This document shows positions 28,850-38,136 of a DNA stretch of 64,000 nt, in pieces (position 1 is the stretch's first letter; each line of letters starts with the position of its first letter). The translations under genes were made by a program, and so were the position numbers. Under the pieces are notes generated by a model. It did not search any database. It had not been told where the DNA came from and was given only the letters and a program-made list of their open reading frames with translations. This stretch comes from a virus (taxonomy: Duplodnaviria > Caudoviricetes): IMG/VR virus record IMGVR_UViG_3300020331_000002; one strand, 5' to 3'.

Positions 28850-28878
28850 TTGTAGATGAGTGGTGCCTGCGCTATATT
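28850..28878 (+). promoter_or_regulatory. sigma70-like promoter TTGTAG-17-TATATT
   Basis: Upstream of 28906. Confidence 0.5.
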
Positions 28879-28905
28879 ACATATGTTAATGAAGTAAAGG
28901 TAACT

Positions 28906-29526
28906 ATGATGAAAGATTTAATTGTTTATGTCCACGGCTATGGCGGCAGTAAAAATTCAAGCACTGCTGCCAAAATTGCCGAGCACATGCAAGAGATAAG
29001 CAACGGCGAAGTCGAAGTAGTGGCACTTGACTATGAGTACATGAACCCGACCAAAGCGTTGAAAAGCTTGCACGATCAAATAGCCGAAATGGCTGACCAA
29101 TACAGCAACATAATCGTGCTTGGTAACTCTTTAGGTGGTTATTACGCTGACTTATTGGCTAAATTTTATCCTGAGTTAGTTGACATATTATTGTTAATCA
29201 ACCCAAGCTTAAATGCCCCTGAAAACTGTGTAAAGTATATCGGTGAAGTAGTGAACTGGAAAAACAACAAGTACACTATTCGCGGTAATTTCGCACAAGA
29301 GTTGGCTGACATTGCGCACGGTGCTCCTGAGAGTTACGCGCCGGAAATGCCAGCTGTGGTGTTCTTGGGAATGGCAGACACCGTCGTTGACCCCAAACAT
29401 ACAGTCGCAGTTATGAAAGAGCGTGCTGAAATTGTGCGATTCAAAGGTGAAGGTCATGTGCTAAATATTGATAGAAAAGTAGTTGAAAGAATCTACAAAG
29501 AAATCAATATAAGTCAGACAGTATGA
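28906..29526 (+). CDS. Alpha/beta hydrolase (YqiA/YcfP-like esterase)
   Basis: YVHGYGGS, nucleophile elbow GNSLGG, LLINP, D-TVV and terminal GEGH. Confidence 0.88.
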   Translation: MMKDLIVYVHGYGGSKNSSTAAKIAEHMQEISNGEVEVVALDYEYMNPTKALKSLHDQIAEMADQYSNIIVLGNSLGGYYADLLAKFYPELVDILLLINPSLNAPENCVKYIGEVVNWKNNKYTIRGNFAQELADIAHGAPESYAPEMPAVVFLGMADTVVDPKHTVAVMKERAEIVRFKGEGHVLNIDRKVVERIYKEINISQTV

Positions 29527-30083
29527 AAATAAACCAAATAATTACCGAAACAACCGATAACCTTTTCAATACAGCGGACGACTTGCCGTCTCGTAAGGCC
29601 ATTGCTAATTACGTTTATGATATGCTCCAAAAAAGTTACCAGCGTATCGGCGGACTGAAAGGGAGCGGTTTCGCCAGCCCTGAAGATATGGTGAACAAAA
29701 TTCCTTTTTGGAAAGTGTTCCGTCGCGGCAGTGATATCAAAGCTGTAATGATGTACAAGGACAAAAACGGTCGTAAACGCGTTGCTACTGGCTCGGACGG
29801 TTCAGACGATGCTAAGGCATGGATAGCTGACCAGTTTTTGCAAGACGCTAATGGCCGCTCCTTCGCTGAAATTAGTGGGCCTAGCTTAGGCTTCCATAAG
29901 AAAACGCTAGGTGATACACTCGATGACATAAGCTTCACACATGATCAGGTTCGTGCGGCGCTACCCGGCGCCGAGATTCGTCCTGTTCCTGGCAGCAAGT
30001 ACGAGTACCAACGTTCAATTAACGGTGAATGGATAACAAAGCGTATGGTAGGCAAGCCCGGTAATAAGCTGTTCCACAAGTAA
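29523..30083 (+). CDS. Conserved-looking hypothetical protein with propeptide-like N-terminus
   Basis: MKINQIITE start; ATGA overlap with the esterase. Confidence 0.75.
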   Translation: MKINQIITETTDNLFNTADDLPSRKAIANYVYDMLQKSYQRIGGLKGSGFASPEDMVNKIPFWKVFRRGSDIKAVMMYKDKNGRKRVATGSDGSDDAKAWIADQFLQDANGRSFAEISGPSLGFHKKTLGDTLDDISFTHDQVRAALPGAEIRPVPGSKYEYQRSINGEWITKRMVGKPGNKLFHK

Positions 30084-30090
30084 AACAGAT

Positions 30091-30097
30091 TATTTAG
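30091..30097 (-). promoter_or_regulatory. Possible antisense late box CTAAATA
   Basis: Intergenic, pointing into the 3' end of 29523-30083. Confidence 0.35.
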
Positions 30098-30116
30098 TCC
30101 AAAACTCCCAAAAAAG

Positions 30117-30148
30117 AAAAAAGCCCGTTTTAAGACGGGCTTTTGTTT
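30117..30148. terminator. Bidirectional intrinsic terminator
   Basis: AAAAAAGCCCGT-TTTAAG-ACGGGCTTTTGTTT. Confidence 0.85.
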
Positions 30149-30157
30149 GCCTGGTAG

Positions 30158-30164
30158 CTAAATA
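30158..30164 (+). promoter_or_regulatory. Late promoter box CTAAATA
   Basis: Upstream of the sheath gene. Confidence 0.7.
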
Positions 30165-30202
30165 CCGGAGTAAAAACAAAACCTAATAGGGAGTAATGAA
30201 TA

Positions 30203-33200
30203 ATGAGTTTGGTTTCACCAGGCGTACAAGTAGACATTATTGATGAATCGGTTGGTTCAGGCGCAAGCAACGGCACCGTGCCTTTAATTGTGTTGGCTAC
30301 CGAAAAAGATAAGCTAACACCGGCTGGCAGTGAAATCGCCGAAGGTACTACTGACGCATATGCAGGTAAACTGCAATTGTTTACATCACAGCGCGAAATT
30401 CTACAAGCAATGGGCAACCCTAAGTTTCATAAACTTGGCGGCACTTCGTTACATGGATACGAGTTAAACGAATACGGCTTACTAGCCGCTCACTCATACC
30501 TTGGTTCTAACAACCGTGTTTATGTTGTGCGTGCGCCAATTGATTTGGCTGAGCTACAACCGCTTGACGAAGCACCTACAGGTGCACCGCAAGCAGGTAC
30601 TCACTGGCTTAATCTAAACGGATCTCGTATCGGTATTAGCATTTATGACGGTAATACTGGTTCTTGGGTTCCGCAAGAAGTTGAGTTTATCGCCGATGCA
30701 AGTTCGCTTGACGCAAATGGCGTTCCGCTTTCATCTATCGAAGGTGATATCGGCCAATACGTTTGTGTTGCTGGCGTAGTAGCCGGCGCAGCCTCAGGCC
30801 GTGAAGAGAACCGTATTTTCCGTAGAACTGCTTCTGGCTGGGAATTACTGGACACTTCTGCAATAAGCGAAAAGCTAATTTTCCGTAGCCATACTAAGCC
30901 TCCGTTTGTTGATGAAATGGCTTCAATGACAGTTTCGGCACAAGGCTCAGGCTACAGTGTCGGTGACCGTATCGGGCTTTCTGAAACTGCTGGTACTGGT
31001 AGATTGTTAATGGTTGACGTAACTGGCGTTGACTCAAGCGGTGCAGTTACCTCGTTTGAAGTTGTGTCTTATGGACGTGACTACTCTGGCACCGGGATTG
31101 TGTCTACCCAAACAAGCGCATTGCAATCTAACGGCAGTCCGTCAGCCGGTACTGGATTTGAGATTACAGGTGATACTCTTGCATCTGGTGATATTTGGAT
31201 TAAGACTAGTGAACCTGACTCTGGCACAAGCTTTGATATGAGTCTTTACGACGGGTCTGTAAGTCAGTGGATTGAACTAAGTGTACCTGTGCACATGTCA
31301 CGTGACGCAGCTACCAAAGCAGGTTCTACTCCGGTAGCGGCTGTATACGACTTTAGAAACGAAGCACCTGGCACTGGTACTCTTGTTGCTGACTTTGCTA
31401 TTATGCGCCACAACGGACAGGGAGAAACAGTAGTTGAAGGCACGGTAACGGCACCTACAATCGGTGCAGGTAGTACATTGACTATTAATGGTTACGATGT
31501 TGTATTAACTGGCACTGACGTGGCGTCTGCCGTAGTAGACATCACTAACGCTAGCATTCCTGATATCAAAGCTAAGCACGAAGGTGGCAAGCTGTATATT
31601 ACGAACAAGAAAGGTTACGACATCAAGTTAGTCAACACAGCCGGTACACCGACTACTGATCTTGGTTTGGAAAACACTTCGTTCTCAGTAACTGGCGGAT
31701 TTGTCCACAGCAACTGGGACTACCTTGACTATGTAGCAAGCGACAACGAAGAACCGTTCCAAAACCCAAGTGACGGTACTCTTTGGTACAGTGAAAACTT
31801 CGGTGCTGACATTCTTGTTAACAATGGCGCAGGCAGCTGGGAAGAATTCCAGGGCACTGTATATATGCAGCCAGCACTGCCGCAAATTGGCATAGTACGC
31901 GGCGACTTATGGATTGATACTGATCAAATTGAAGATTACCCGGTAATGTATCGTTACAATGGTTCATCTTGGGATAAAATCGACCCAACTGATCAGACTA
32001 CATCATCTGGCGTAGTGTTCGCTGATGCGCGTCCAAGCGCAACATTTGGCTCAGCTACTGGCGCAAATAACGGTAACTTAGTTGGCGCACCTGACTTAGA
32101 CGCTGATGCTCCTGATCCGTTACTTTATGCGCGTGATATGCTGTTATTCAACACCCGTGCAAGTTCACATGTGGTAAAAGCTTGGGTGAATGAGCATGAG
32201 CATGACGGCGTTGCTATTGGCGGCAGATGGGTACTAGAGAGCGGCCTGCGCACTGACGGCTCTGCATTCTTTGGCAGACATGCTGTTAAACGTGTGATCA
32301 TCGAAAGCATGGCAAGCGCGATTGTTAGTAACGAAGTTATCCGTGCTGAATCAGTTGAGTTCAACTTAATGGCAGCTCCCGGATTCCCTGAACTGTCTGA
32401 CGAGTTACTTGCGCTTAATGCTGACCGTAAGTATACCGCGTTTATCCCGCAAGACGCACCGTTCCGATTAGCGCCTAAAGGTACTGAAATCGAAGCGTGG
32501 GCGAACAACCGTGCTGGCAGCCCGTCGAACGACGATGCTGGTCTAGTAACGTTCAGCCGTTATATTGGCGTATTCTACCCTGGTTGTGCTTATGCAACTA
32601 ACGTAGACGGCGAAGAAGTAGTTGTTCCGATTACCCACAGTGTGTTGCGTACTTACGCGGAAAACGACTCGGTATCATATCCGTGGTTCGCTGCTGCTTT
32701 CAGTAGACGTGGTGTTATTACTAACGCAACCAGTGTTGGATATATTGATGGTGAAGGTGAGTACTCTACTGTTGAGTTAAGTGAAGGCCTGCGTGACGTG
32801 CTTTATACAAATAAAGTAAACCCGGTTGCGTATATTCCTAACTCTGGCTTAGAGATTTACGGTAACAAGTCACTATACAATCTTGCAAGTTCACTTGACA
32901 GAATTAACGTAGTGCGACTTGAAAACTACCTGCGCCAAAATATGCCTGGTCTAGCTCGTCCGTTCTTGGGTGAACAAAACGACAGACTAACGCGTGATCA
33001 AGTTCTTGATGTATTCGAAAGATATATGGAGACACTAATCACATTGCGTGCCATCGAGGACTATGTTGTGATTTGTGACGAGAGTAATAACACTCCCGCT
33101 AGACGTGATCGTAATGAGCTATGGATTGATGTTGCTGTAATCCCGCTTAAGACTGTGGAATTTATCTACATTCCGGTACGATTCCGTAACTCGGGTGATA

Positions 33201-33217
33201 GCTTAAACATTAACTAA
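30203..33217 (+). CDS. gp18: Tail sheath protein with large insertion domains
   Basis: LVSPGVQVDIIDES start, FNLMAAPGFPE, WFAAAFSRRG, LDRINVVRL and VEFIYIPVR motifs. Confidence 0.95.
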   Translation: MSLVSPGVQVDIIDESVGSGASNGTVPLIVLATEKDKLTPAGSEIAEGTTDAYAGKLQLFTSQREILQAMGNPKFHKLGGTSLHGYELNEYGLLAAHSYLGSNNRVYVVRAPIDLAELQPLDEAPTGAPQAGTHWLNLNGSRIGISIYDGNTGSWVPQEVEFIADASSLDANGVPLSSIEGDIGQYVCVAGVVAGAASGREENRIFRRTASGWELLDTSAISEKLIFRSHTKPPFVDEMASMTVSAQGSGYSVGDRIGLSETAGTGRLLMVDVTGVDSSGAVTSFEVVSYGRDYSGTGIVSTQTSALQSNGSPSAGTGFEITGDTLASGDIWIKTSEPDSGTSFDMSLYDGSVSQWIELSVPVHMSRDAATKAGSTPVAAVYDFRNEAPGTGTLVADFAIMRHNGQGETVVEGTVTAPTIGAGSTLTINGYDVVLTGTDVASAVVDITNASIPDIKAKHEGGKLYITNKKGYDIKLVNTAGTPTTDLGLENTSFSVTGGFVHSNWDYLDYVASDNEEPFQNPSDGTLWYSENFGADILVNNGAGSWEEFQGTVYMQPALPQIGIVRGDLWIDTDQIEDYPVMYRYNGSSWDKIDPTDQTTSSGVVFADARPSATFGSATGANNGNLVGAPDLDADAPDPLLYARDMLLFNTRASSHVVKAWVNEHEHDGVAIGGRWVLESGLRTDGSAFFGRHAVKRVIIESMASAIVSNEVIRAESVEFNLMAAPGFPELSDELLALNADRKYTAFIPQDAPFRLAPKGTEIEAWANNRAGSPSNDDAGLVTFSRYIGVFYPGCAYATNVDGEEVVVPITHSVLRTYAENDSVSYPWFAAAFSRRGVITNATSVGYIDGEGEYSTVELSEGLRDVLYTNKVNPVAYIPNSGLEIYGNKSLYNLASSLDRINVVRLENYLRQNMPGLARPFLGEQNDRLTRDQVLDVFERYMETLITLRAIEDYVVICDESNNTPARRDRNELWIDVAVIPLKTVEFIYIPVRFRNSGDSLNIN

Positions 33218-33233
33218 TTAAAATAGTTAGATA

Positions 33234-33262
33234 AAAAGGGGCGCTATGCCCCTTTTTAGTGC
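33234..33262. terminator. Bidirectional terminator, copy 1 of a 29-bp direct repeat
   Basis: AAAAGGGGCGC-TAT-GCCCCTTTTT-AGTGC. Confidence 0.85.
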
Positions 33263-33272
33263 CCTAAAGGCC

Positions 33273-33279
33273 GTAAATA
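33273..33279 (+). promoter_or_regulatory. Late promoter box GTAAATA
   Basis: Upstream of the 30-aa peptide. Confidence 0.5.
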
Positions 33280-33314
33280 CTTTTGTAATCATTCTGTAAC
33301 ATTGAGGTGTTTTG

Positions 33315-33407
33315 ATGAACATTAGTAATATGGTTGAAGGCGTTAAGGCCGTTGCCGAGTTTGTAACGCCGCTTGTTTTGGTAGCGGCTTGTATTCTACT
33401 TGCTTAA
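33315..33407 (+). CDS. 30-aa hydrophobic membrane peptide missed by the ORF track
   Basis: SD GAGGTG; MNISNMVEGVKAVAEFVTPLVLVAACILLA*; bounded by two terminators. Confidence 0.7.
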   Translation: MNISNMVEGVKAVAEFVTPLVLVAACILLA

Positions 33408-33418
33408 TATGATAGAGG

Positions 33419-33447
33419 AAAAGGGGCGCAAGGCCCCTTTTTAGTGC
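33419..33447. terminator. Bidirectional terminator, copy 2 of the 29-bp direct repeat
   Basis: AAAAGGGGCGC-AAG-GCCCCTTTTT-AGTGC; 27/29 identical to copy 1. Confidence 0.85.
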
Positions 33448-33533
33448 GAGAACTAGATTGGTAGCGACACCTGCGCCCTCGACGTACCATACCTTAACGG
33501 TCCTAAGGCTGGATTCTTTTTAAATTATACTTG

Positions 33534-33540
33534 TATTTAG
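33534..33540 (-). promoter_or_regulatory. Possible leftward late box CTAAATA
   Basis: Intergenic; would give a transcript of about 100 nt ending at terminator copy 2. Confidence 0.35.
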
Positions 33541-33592
33541 TGTCTTCAGTTGTTATAGTTACTTTGAACTTAAAAACGACAAGGTAAATGAT

Positions 33593-33805
33593 ATGTACAC
33601 TCAAGAACAAGAACGAATCAAAGCAAAAACTATTGCGGCAATTAATAGTGCCCGTGAAGTTCTTAAAGCTGCCCGTGAAGGTAAAACTACTCAACGCGAA
33701 GCATTTAACGCTCGGCAAAGTATAACTTCTGCTTTGATTATTTCTGACGCGGCTAACATTAGTCGTGATGAGTACATCGGTTTATACGAGGATTGTTATG
33801 AATAA
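33593..33805 (+). CDS. Hypothetical protein
   Basis: First ORF of a small early-type operon before the ligase. Confidence 0.65.
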   Translation: MYTQEQERIKAKTIAAINSAREVLKAAREGKTTQREAFNARQSITSALIISDAANISRDEYIGLYEDCYE

Positions 33806-34157
33806 TGCAGCAAAAATCGGCGTAATTAAAGAAATATTCGGCAGCGAGTTTAGTATCAACGCTTCTGCGGAATTAGAACCATACGGTGTTGATGGTCTGC
33901 CTGAAGACTATGATCCGTTAATCAAACCCACTTGTACATTTGAGCAGAAAACGTCTGCTACGTATCGTAATGAGCGTCGAACCTTTTTCTTAATTGAACA
34001 CGGCGGCTTTGTGGTCGTTGGTCGGTTATGCACTGCCATGCCCGGGAGCGGCTATGACGAATACGCTGTGATTCATAACTGCGAGCCTGCTGACACCGAA
34101 GACGGTGACATGGCAAAACGCCGGTTTTATTCATGGCAACAAACACTAGGACAGTGA
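33798..34157 (+). CDS. Hypothetical protein
   Basis: ATG 33798 overlaps the end of the previous ORF. Confidence 0.65.
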   Translation: MNNAAKIGVIKEIFGSEFSINASAELEPYGVDGLPEDYDPLIKPTCTFEQKTSATYRNERRTFFLIEHGGFVVVGRLCTAMPGSGYDEYAVIHNCEPADTEDGDMAKRRFYSWQQTLGQ

Positions 34158-34159
34158 GC

Positions 34160-34405
34160 ATGACTACACTCAAAGAGTTTGTTCAAGAAGCAGTAATGCG
34201 CGACGTCTGGGTTTATGAAGAAAAAACTGAATATGACTTTTCGTATGAAAATAAGTACTTTGCTTTAAACCGAGCAGGGCACTTACACGGCATGTATTGC
34301 GGCACAACCAACAAAGCAACGTGGTATACCCGCCCAATGATGCAATTCAGTAAGAGCTATCGTAAATTCCAACGGATTAAATTAAAAGATGTGGAGGCCA
34401 AATGA
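34160..34405 (+). CDS. Hypothetical protein
   Basis: ATG 34160; coupled (ATGA) to the ligase. Confidence 0.7.
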   Translation: MTTLKEFVQEAVMRDVWVYEEKTEYDFSYENKYFALNRAGHLHGMYCGTTNKATWYTRPMMQFSKSYRKFQRIKLKDVEAK

Positions 34406-35727
34406 GCCAAATTTTCCCTATACTTGAACAACTTAGTTCGAGTCGTTCTCGCTTGCATAAAGAAGCTGTCCTAGCCGATAACAAAGAAAACGTACTGTTC
34501 CGTCGCGTGTTGCAATACGCACTAAATGGTTTAATGCCATTTTACATGCGTGCTGCACCTGAGTACACCCCTGCTATATCTGAATCTGACGCTACTGTTA
34601 CTCTTGACGATTTCCTGGATGTATTGGATTTATTATCGGCACGAGTAGTCACCGGCCATGCTGCTCGTGACTTAGTTGTTGAGAACTTAAGTAAAATGGC
34701 GCCTGGTGATGCTGATGTCGGCGCTCGTGTATTGGCCAAAGACCTGCGCTGCGGGATTAGTCATAAAACAGTAAACAAAATACTGGGCAAGGACTTTGTA
34801 TCTGAATACCCGGTATTACTAGCTGAGAAAAAGTCAGACAAGTACATTGCTGAAAATATTACGTGGCCTGCATTTTGTCAAAATAAGTTTGATGGTATGC
34901 GCTCAAATGCTGTGCTGGATACAGATGGTGCAGTATTGTGGTTCACACGTAACGGCAAAACACTGTCATTCCATAACGTGCTAGACTGTTCAGTTACACA
35001 ATTCATTACTCATACAGGCCGCTCTTCAGGTATGCTGGATGGTGAGTTAGTAGTGCTTGACGAAAACGGCAACGTGCTACCTAGAAAAACAGGCAACGGC
35101 ATTTTGAACAAAGCAATTAAAGGCACTATAAGTGAAGAAGAAGCCAGTCGTATCAGATTCCATGTTTGGGACTTTGTTGAACTGAGTGACTACACGATGC
35201 GCCGTGGCGAAACGCCATATGTTGCTCGCTTGAATGAACTTGCCAAAATGGCAGAAGCCGACGTACACGGCATTACGGTGGTAGAGACGAACGAAGTGCA
35301 AGACTTAAGTGAAGTTGAAGAACACTTCAAGAAAGCTACGTCGAACGGTGAAGAAGGTGTAATGCTCAAAAACAAATCGCACTTGTGGAGCTCTACCCGC
35401 TCTAAGGAAATCATCAAATTCAAGATGGAACTTGAAGCCGACTTGTTGTGTGTTGGCTGGGAGTTAGGCACTGGTAAAAACGCAGAGCGTCTAGGAGCGT
35501 TAGTGCTTACCGACGGAACCGGTGAACTTAAAGTAAACGTTGGGTCAGGGTTCAACGACACGCACCGCGACAATATAAAGGCAGAAGATGTGGTAGGCCA
35601 GATAATTGCTGTTAAGTATAACGAGAAAATCCAACGTAACGACGGGTCATGGTCGTTATTCTTACCGATTTTTATTGAGATACGAAGTGACAAATCTGAG
35701 CCAAATACTCTTGATGAGCTGGCATAA
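34402..35727 (+). CDS. gp30: ATP-dependent DNA ligase
   Basis: Motif I QNKFDGMR, LDGEL, FHVWD, EEGVMLK, VNVGSGF and SLFLPIF. Confidence 0.95.
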   Translation: MSQIFPILEQLSSSRSRLHKEAVLADNKENVLFRRVLQYALNGLMPFYMRAAPEYTPAISESDATVTLDDFLDVLDLLSARVVTGHAARDLVVENLSKMAPGDADVGARVLAKDLRCGISHKTVNKILGKDFVSEYPVLLAEKKSDKYIAENITWPAFCQNKFDGMRSNAVLDTDGAVLWFTRNGKTLSFHNVLDCSVTQFITHTGRSSGMLDGELVVLDENGNVLPRKTGNGILNKAIKGTISEEEASRIRFHVWDFVELSDYTMRRGETPYVARLNELAKMAEADVHGITVVETNEVQDLSEVEEHFKKATSNGEEGVMLKNKSHLWSSTRSKEIIKFKMELEADLLCVGWELGTGKNAERLGALVLTDGTGELKVNVGSGFNDTHRDNIKAEDVVGQIIAVKYNEKIQRNDGSWSLFLPIFIEIRSDKSEPNTLDELA

Positions 35728-35732
35728 AATAG

Positions 35733-35760
35733 TTGCAAAAATAAATTAAGGTACTATAAT
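35733..35760 (+). promoter_or_regulatory. sigma70 promoter TTGCAA-16-TATAAT
   Basis: Upstream of the small basic ORF. Confidence 0.65.
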
Positions 35761-35808
35761 AAGTAGTACCTTAAAACACTAACTAAAAATAACAACAAAG
35801 GTGTTACC

Positions 35809-36024
35809 ATGAGAAACAAAACTGCCAAACTAATTCGTAAGAAAGCACGCCAGACAGCACACCAAGCGAGTTGGCCGACCTCTAATCCGGTTGTGCAATT
35901 TACTCGCAAAGTGCAAGTAGGCGGCGGCATTGTTGAACTGCCCGGAACTATCGTTGAAGAGAATTCTGAGCGTGCTTTGTACAAAACTTTTAAGCGCAAA
36001 TATAAAGCGTTTCGACGTGCATGA
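35809..36024 (+). CDS. Small basic hypothetical protein (71 aa)
   Basis: Own promoter, AAGGTG SD and terminator; K/R-rich. Confidence 0.75.
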   Translation: MRNKTAKLIRKKARQTAHQASWPTSNPVVQFTRKVQVGGGIVELPGTIVEENSERALYKTFKRKYKAFRRA

Positions 36025-36077
36025 TTTATTGACGCGCCTCTCCTTTTAGCGCAATGCCCTCCGTAGGGCACCCCCTT

Positions 36078-36103
36078 AACCCGCCTCCCGGCGGGTTTTT
36101 TTT
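36078..36103 (+). terminator. Intrinsic terminator
   Basis: AACCCGCC-TCCC-GGCGGGTT followed by a T-run. Confidence 0.9.
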
Positions 36104-36129
36104 GCTCAAATACAAATACTGCTAGACTG

Positions 36130-36136
36130 CTAAATA
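36130..36136 (+). promoter_or_regulatory. Late promoter box CTAAATA
   Basis: Upstream of the tube gene. Confidence 0.7.
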
Positions 36137-36171
36137 GATATGAAGATCTACTTTTAGGAGTTTTAAAACAT

Positions 36172-36789
36172 ATGGCTGATTATTCAAAATTCGGTGTGCC
36201 GCTAGATGGTAATAAGTTAGGTATGCTTCAGCCGAAGTTCCAGTATAGGTTCCGCGTTGTTTTCAAAAACATCGGGTACTCATCTGACTCAAGGGTTCTT
36301 ACACAGAATATAATTTCTGCCGAGCGTCCTAAGGTTGAATTCGCAACTGTTGAACAGAATGCATACAACTCGAAGGCGTACTTTGCAGGTAGACACACAT
36401 GGCAACCAATCACTATTAGACTATACGATGACATGTCTAACGGTGTTGTATCTCTTATTGGTCAACAAGTACAGAAGCAAATGAACCATAGAGAACAAAC
36501 TTCGGCAACCGCGGGCGCGAACTATAAGTTCACCTGCGAAATCCACACACTAGACGGTACAAATAACGATGAAATCGAGCGTTGGGTATGTGACGGATGT
36601 TGGATCCTGAACTATACTACACCTGACAGTGAGTACACGTCGAACGAGGGTATGAATGAAGTTTCTATCCAACTTCAGTACGACACGGCTACCCAGTTAG
36701 TTGGCCCTAATGACTTAGGTGGCAACGTACGATCTGGCGATCCTATGCCTAATACCCCTAGTCCGGGTGATTCAATTAGCATCGGATAA
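36172..36789 (+). CDS. gp19: Tail tube protein
   Basis: QPKFQYRFRV, YFAGRHTWQPITIRLYDD and W...GCWI patterns of T4-like tube proteins. Confidence 0.88.
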   Translation: MADYSKFGVPLDGNKLGMLQPKFQYRFRVVFKNIGYSSDSRVLTQNIISAERPKVEFATVEQNAYNSKAYFAGRHTWQPITIRLYDDMSNGVVSLIGQQVQKQMNHREQTSATAGANYKFTCEIHTLDGTNNDEIERWVCDGCWILNYTTPDSEYTSNEGMNEVSIQLQYDTATQLVGPNDLGGNVRSGDPMPNTPSPGDSISIG

Positions 36790-36792
36790 TAA

Positions 36793-38136
36793 TTGATGGC
36801 AAGGCCTGATATTAATAGCCCTGGTATTGTGATCCAAGATTCCTGGCATGCCGCCAGGATCTTCGATCCTACTGATTACAACAATCCAAATGCGGTAACC
36901 TCGCTACCCACTTCTAAAGATTTATTCTTAGTTGAATTTAAGTTTAACAACTTAAGTGAAGTAGGAAGAAAGTACGAAGAAGATATCCAGCAATCGTTCC
37001 TTATGAGCATCGTTCGCTCGGTAACAGGCGGCGGCATAAACACTGATGTGGCCTATGCAAAAGATCACCGCAACAAGAAGATAACGTATCATACCGGACT
37101 GTCGTATAATGATTTAAGCCTGACTATCGCTGATAGCGCAGACGGGCGAGCCCGCCACCTATACAACCTTTACCGTCGTTACTATTTTGGATCTGGGTGG
37201 GATTCATACAAAAACGGCGACAAAGAAGAAAAAGAACAAATAGGTTCTGGCTTCCACTTCCATGGATACAAGGTAGACGATGAAGACAACGTGCCTGAGT
37301 ACTTACTCCAGTATGTGCGTATAGTGTCGTTATATGGTGGCCCGCAGGGTCAAGTAATAGAGTATGTGAATCCACTCATTACAACATTCCAGCATGGTGG
37401 TCACAGCTATGATGAAGACGGCTTCAACTCGTTTGATATTACGCTTAAGCCGCAGTCTGTAGCATTAAAGACATTTAACCGTCATGACTTCTTGGCTGTG
37501 ATGCAGGACAACTTGCCGTTCTATGATGATAATATTAGATCAGGCGGCAAGCACTACCATCCGGATGGTAGTCCTACTCGCTACATAGGTAATAGGTTCG
37601 ACCTCGCGTCTGCTGCCCCGACTACTGAAATATTCCTTAATCAGGGCCAGAACACCACTAATGCCGCAGCCCAAGCCGAAAGAAACACGGCAGCTAACGC
37701 CATGTCATCTGCTCAGAAAGCGACTACGACCCCTGCAGGTAGTACATCAGTATTGTCTGGTGCGGTAGGCACAGGTGCAGTAGGCGGCACCGCCGGTAAT
37801 ACGGCAACCACTGCAAAGAAAGCAGTGCAAGAAAAGCAGAAAGAAAAATCGTTTTTGGATAGCTTGCGAGAAAACGTTCCTGGCTTTGACGGATACGTGC
37901 AAATAGTAACCGACGCTCTCCCTGATTTCACTAACATTAATAGTGTGGCTAACTTCAGAGCTAGTGACTTAAAAAATGTACCTGATCGTTTAGGTAACCG
38001 CGCTAAGTGGCAAGGCACCGGTTTTGTAGAAGAAACTGCAAAAGAAGAATGGAAAGGCGCAGCCGAAAGCGTAAAAGACTGGTATAACTCGGAAGACGAG
38101 CCAGAGCAAGAAGATCCGGGCAACACTAATGGCTGA
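36793..38136 (+). CDS. Tube-like baseplate protein (gp48/gp54-like) with a low-complexity C-terminal extension
   Basis: Tube-fold pattern (YNDLSLTIADS, IEYVNPLITTFQHG); follows gp19. Confidence 0.6.
   Translation: MMARPDINSPGIVIQDSWHAARIFDPTDYNNPNAVTSLPTSKDLFLVEFKFNNLSEVGRKYEEDIQQSFLMSIVRSVTGGGINTDVAYAKDHRNKKITYHTGLSYNDLSLTIADSADGRARHLYNLYRRYYFGSGWDSYKNGDKEEKEQIGSGFHFHGYKVDDEDNVPEYLLQYVRIVSLYGGPQGQVIEYVNPLITTFQHGGHSYDEDGFNSFDITLKPQSVALKTFNRHDFLAVMQDNLPFYDDNIRSGGKHYHPDGSPTRYIGNRFDLASAAPTTEIFLNQGQNTTNAAAQAERNTAANAMSSAQKATTTPAGSTSVLSGAVGTGAVGGTAGNTATTAKKAVQEKQKEKSFLDSLRENVPGFDGYVQIVTDALPDFTNINSVANFRASDLKNVPDRLGNRAKWQGTGFVEETAKEEWKGAAESVKDWYNSEDEPEQEDPGNTNG

Noticed and set aside
33495-33508. 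TAACGGTCCTAAGG matches 14 nt of 23S rRNA helix 69 (core of the I-CeuI site), with GGTAGCGA nearby
   Set aside because: About one 14-mer match between 128 kb of both strands and a 2.9-kb rRNA is expected by chance. The flanks do not continue the rRNA and the pieces are in the wrong order.
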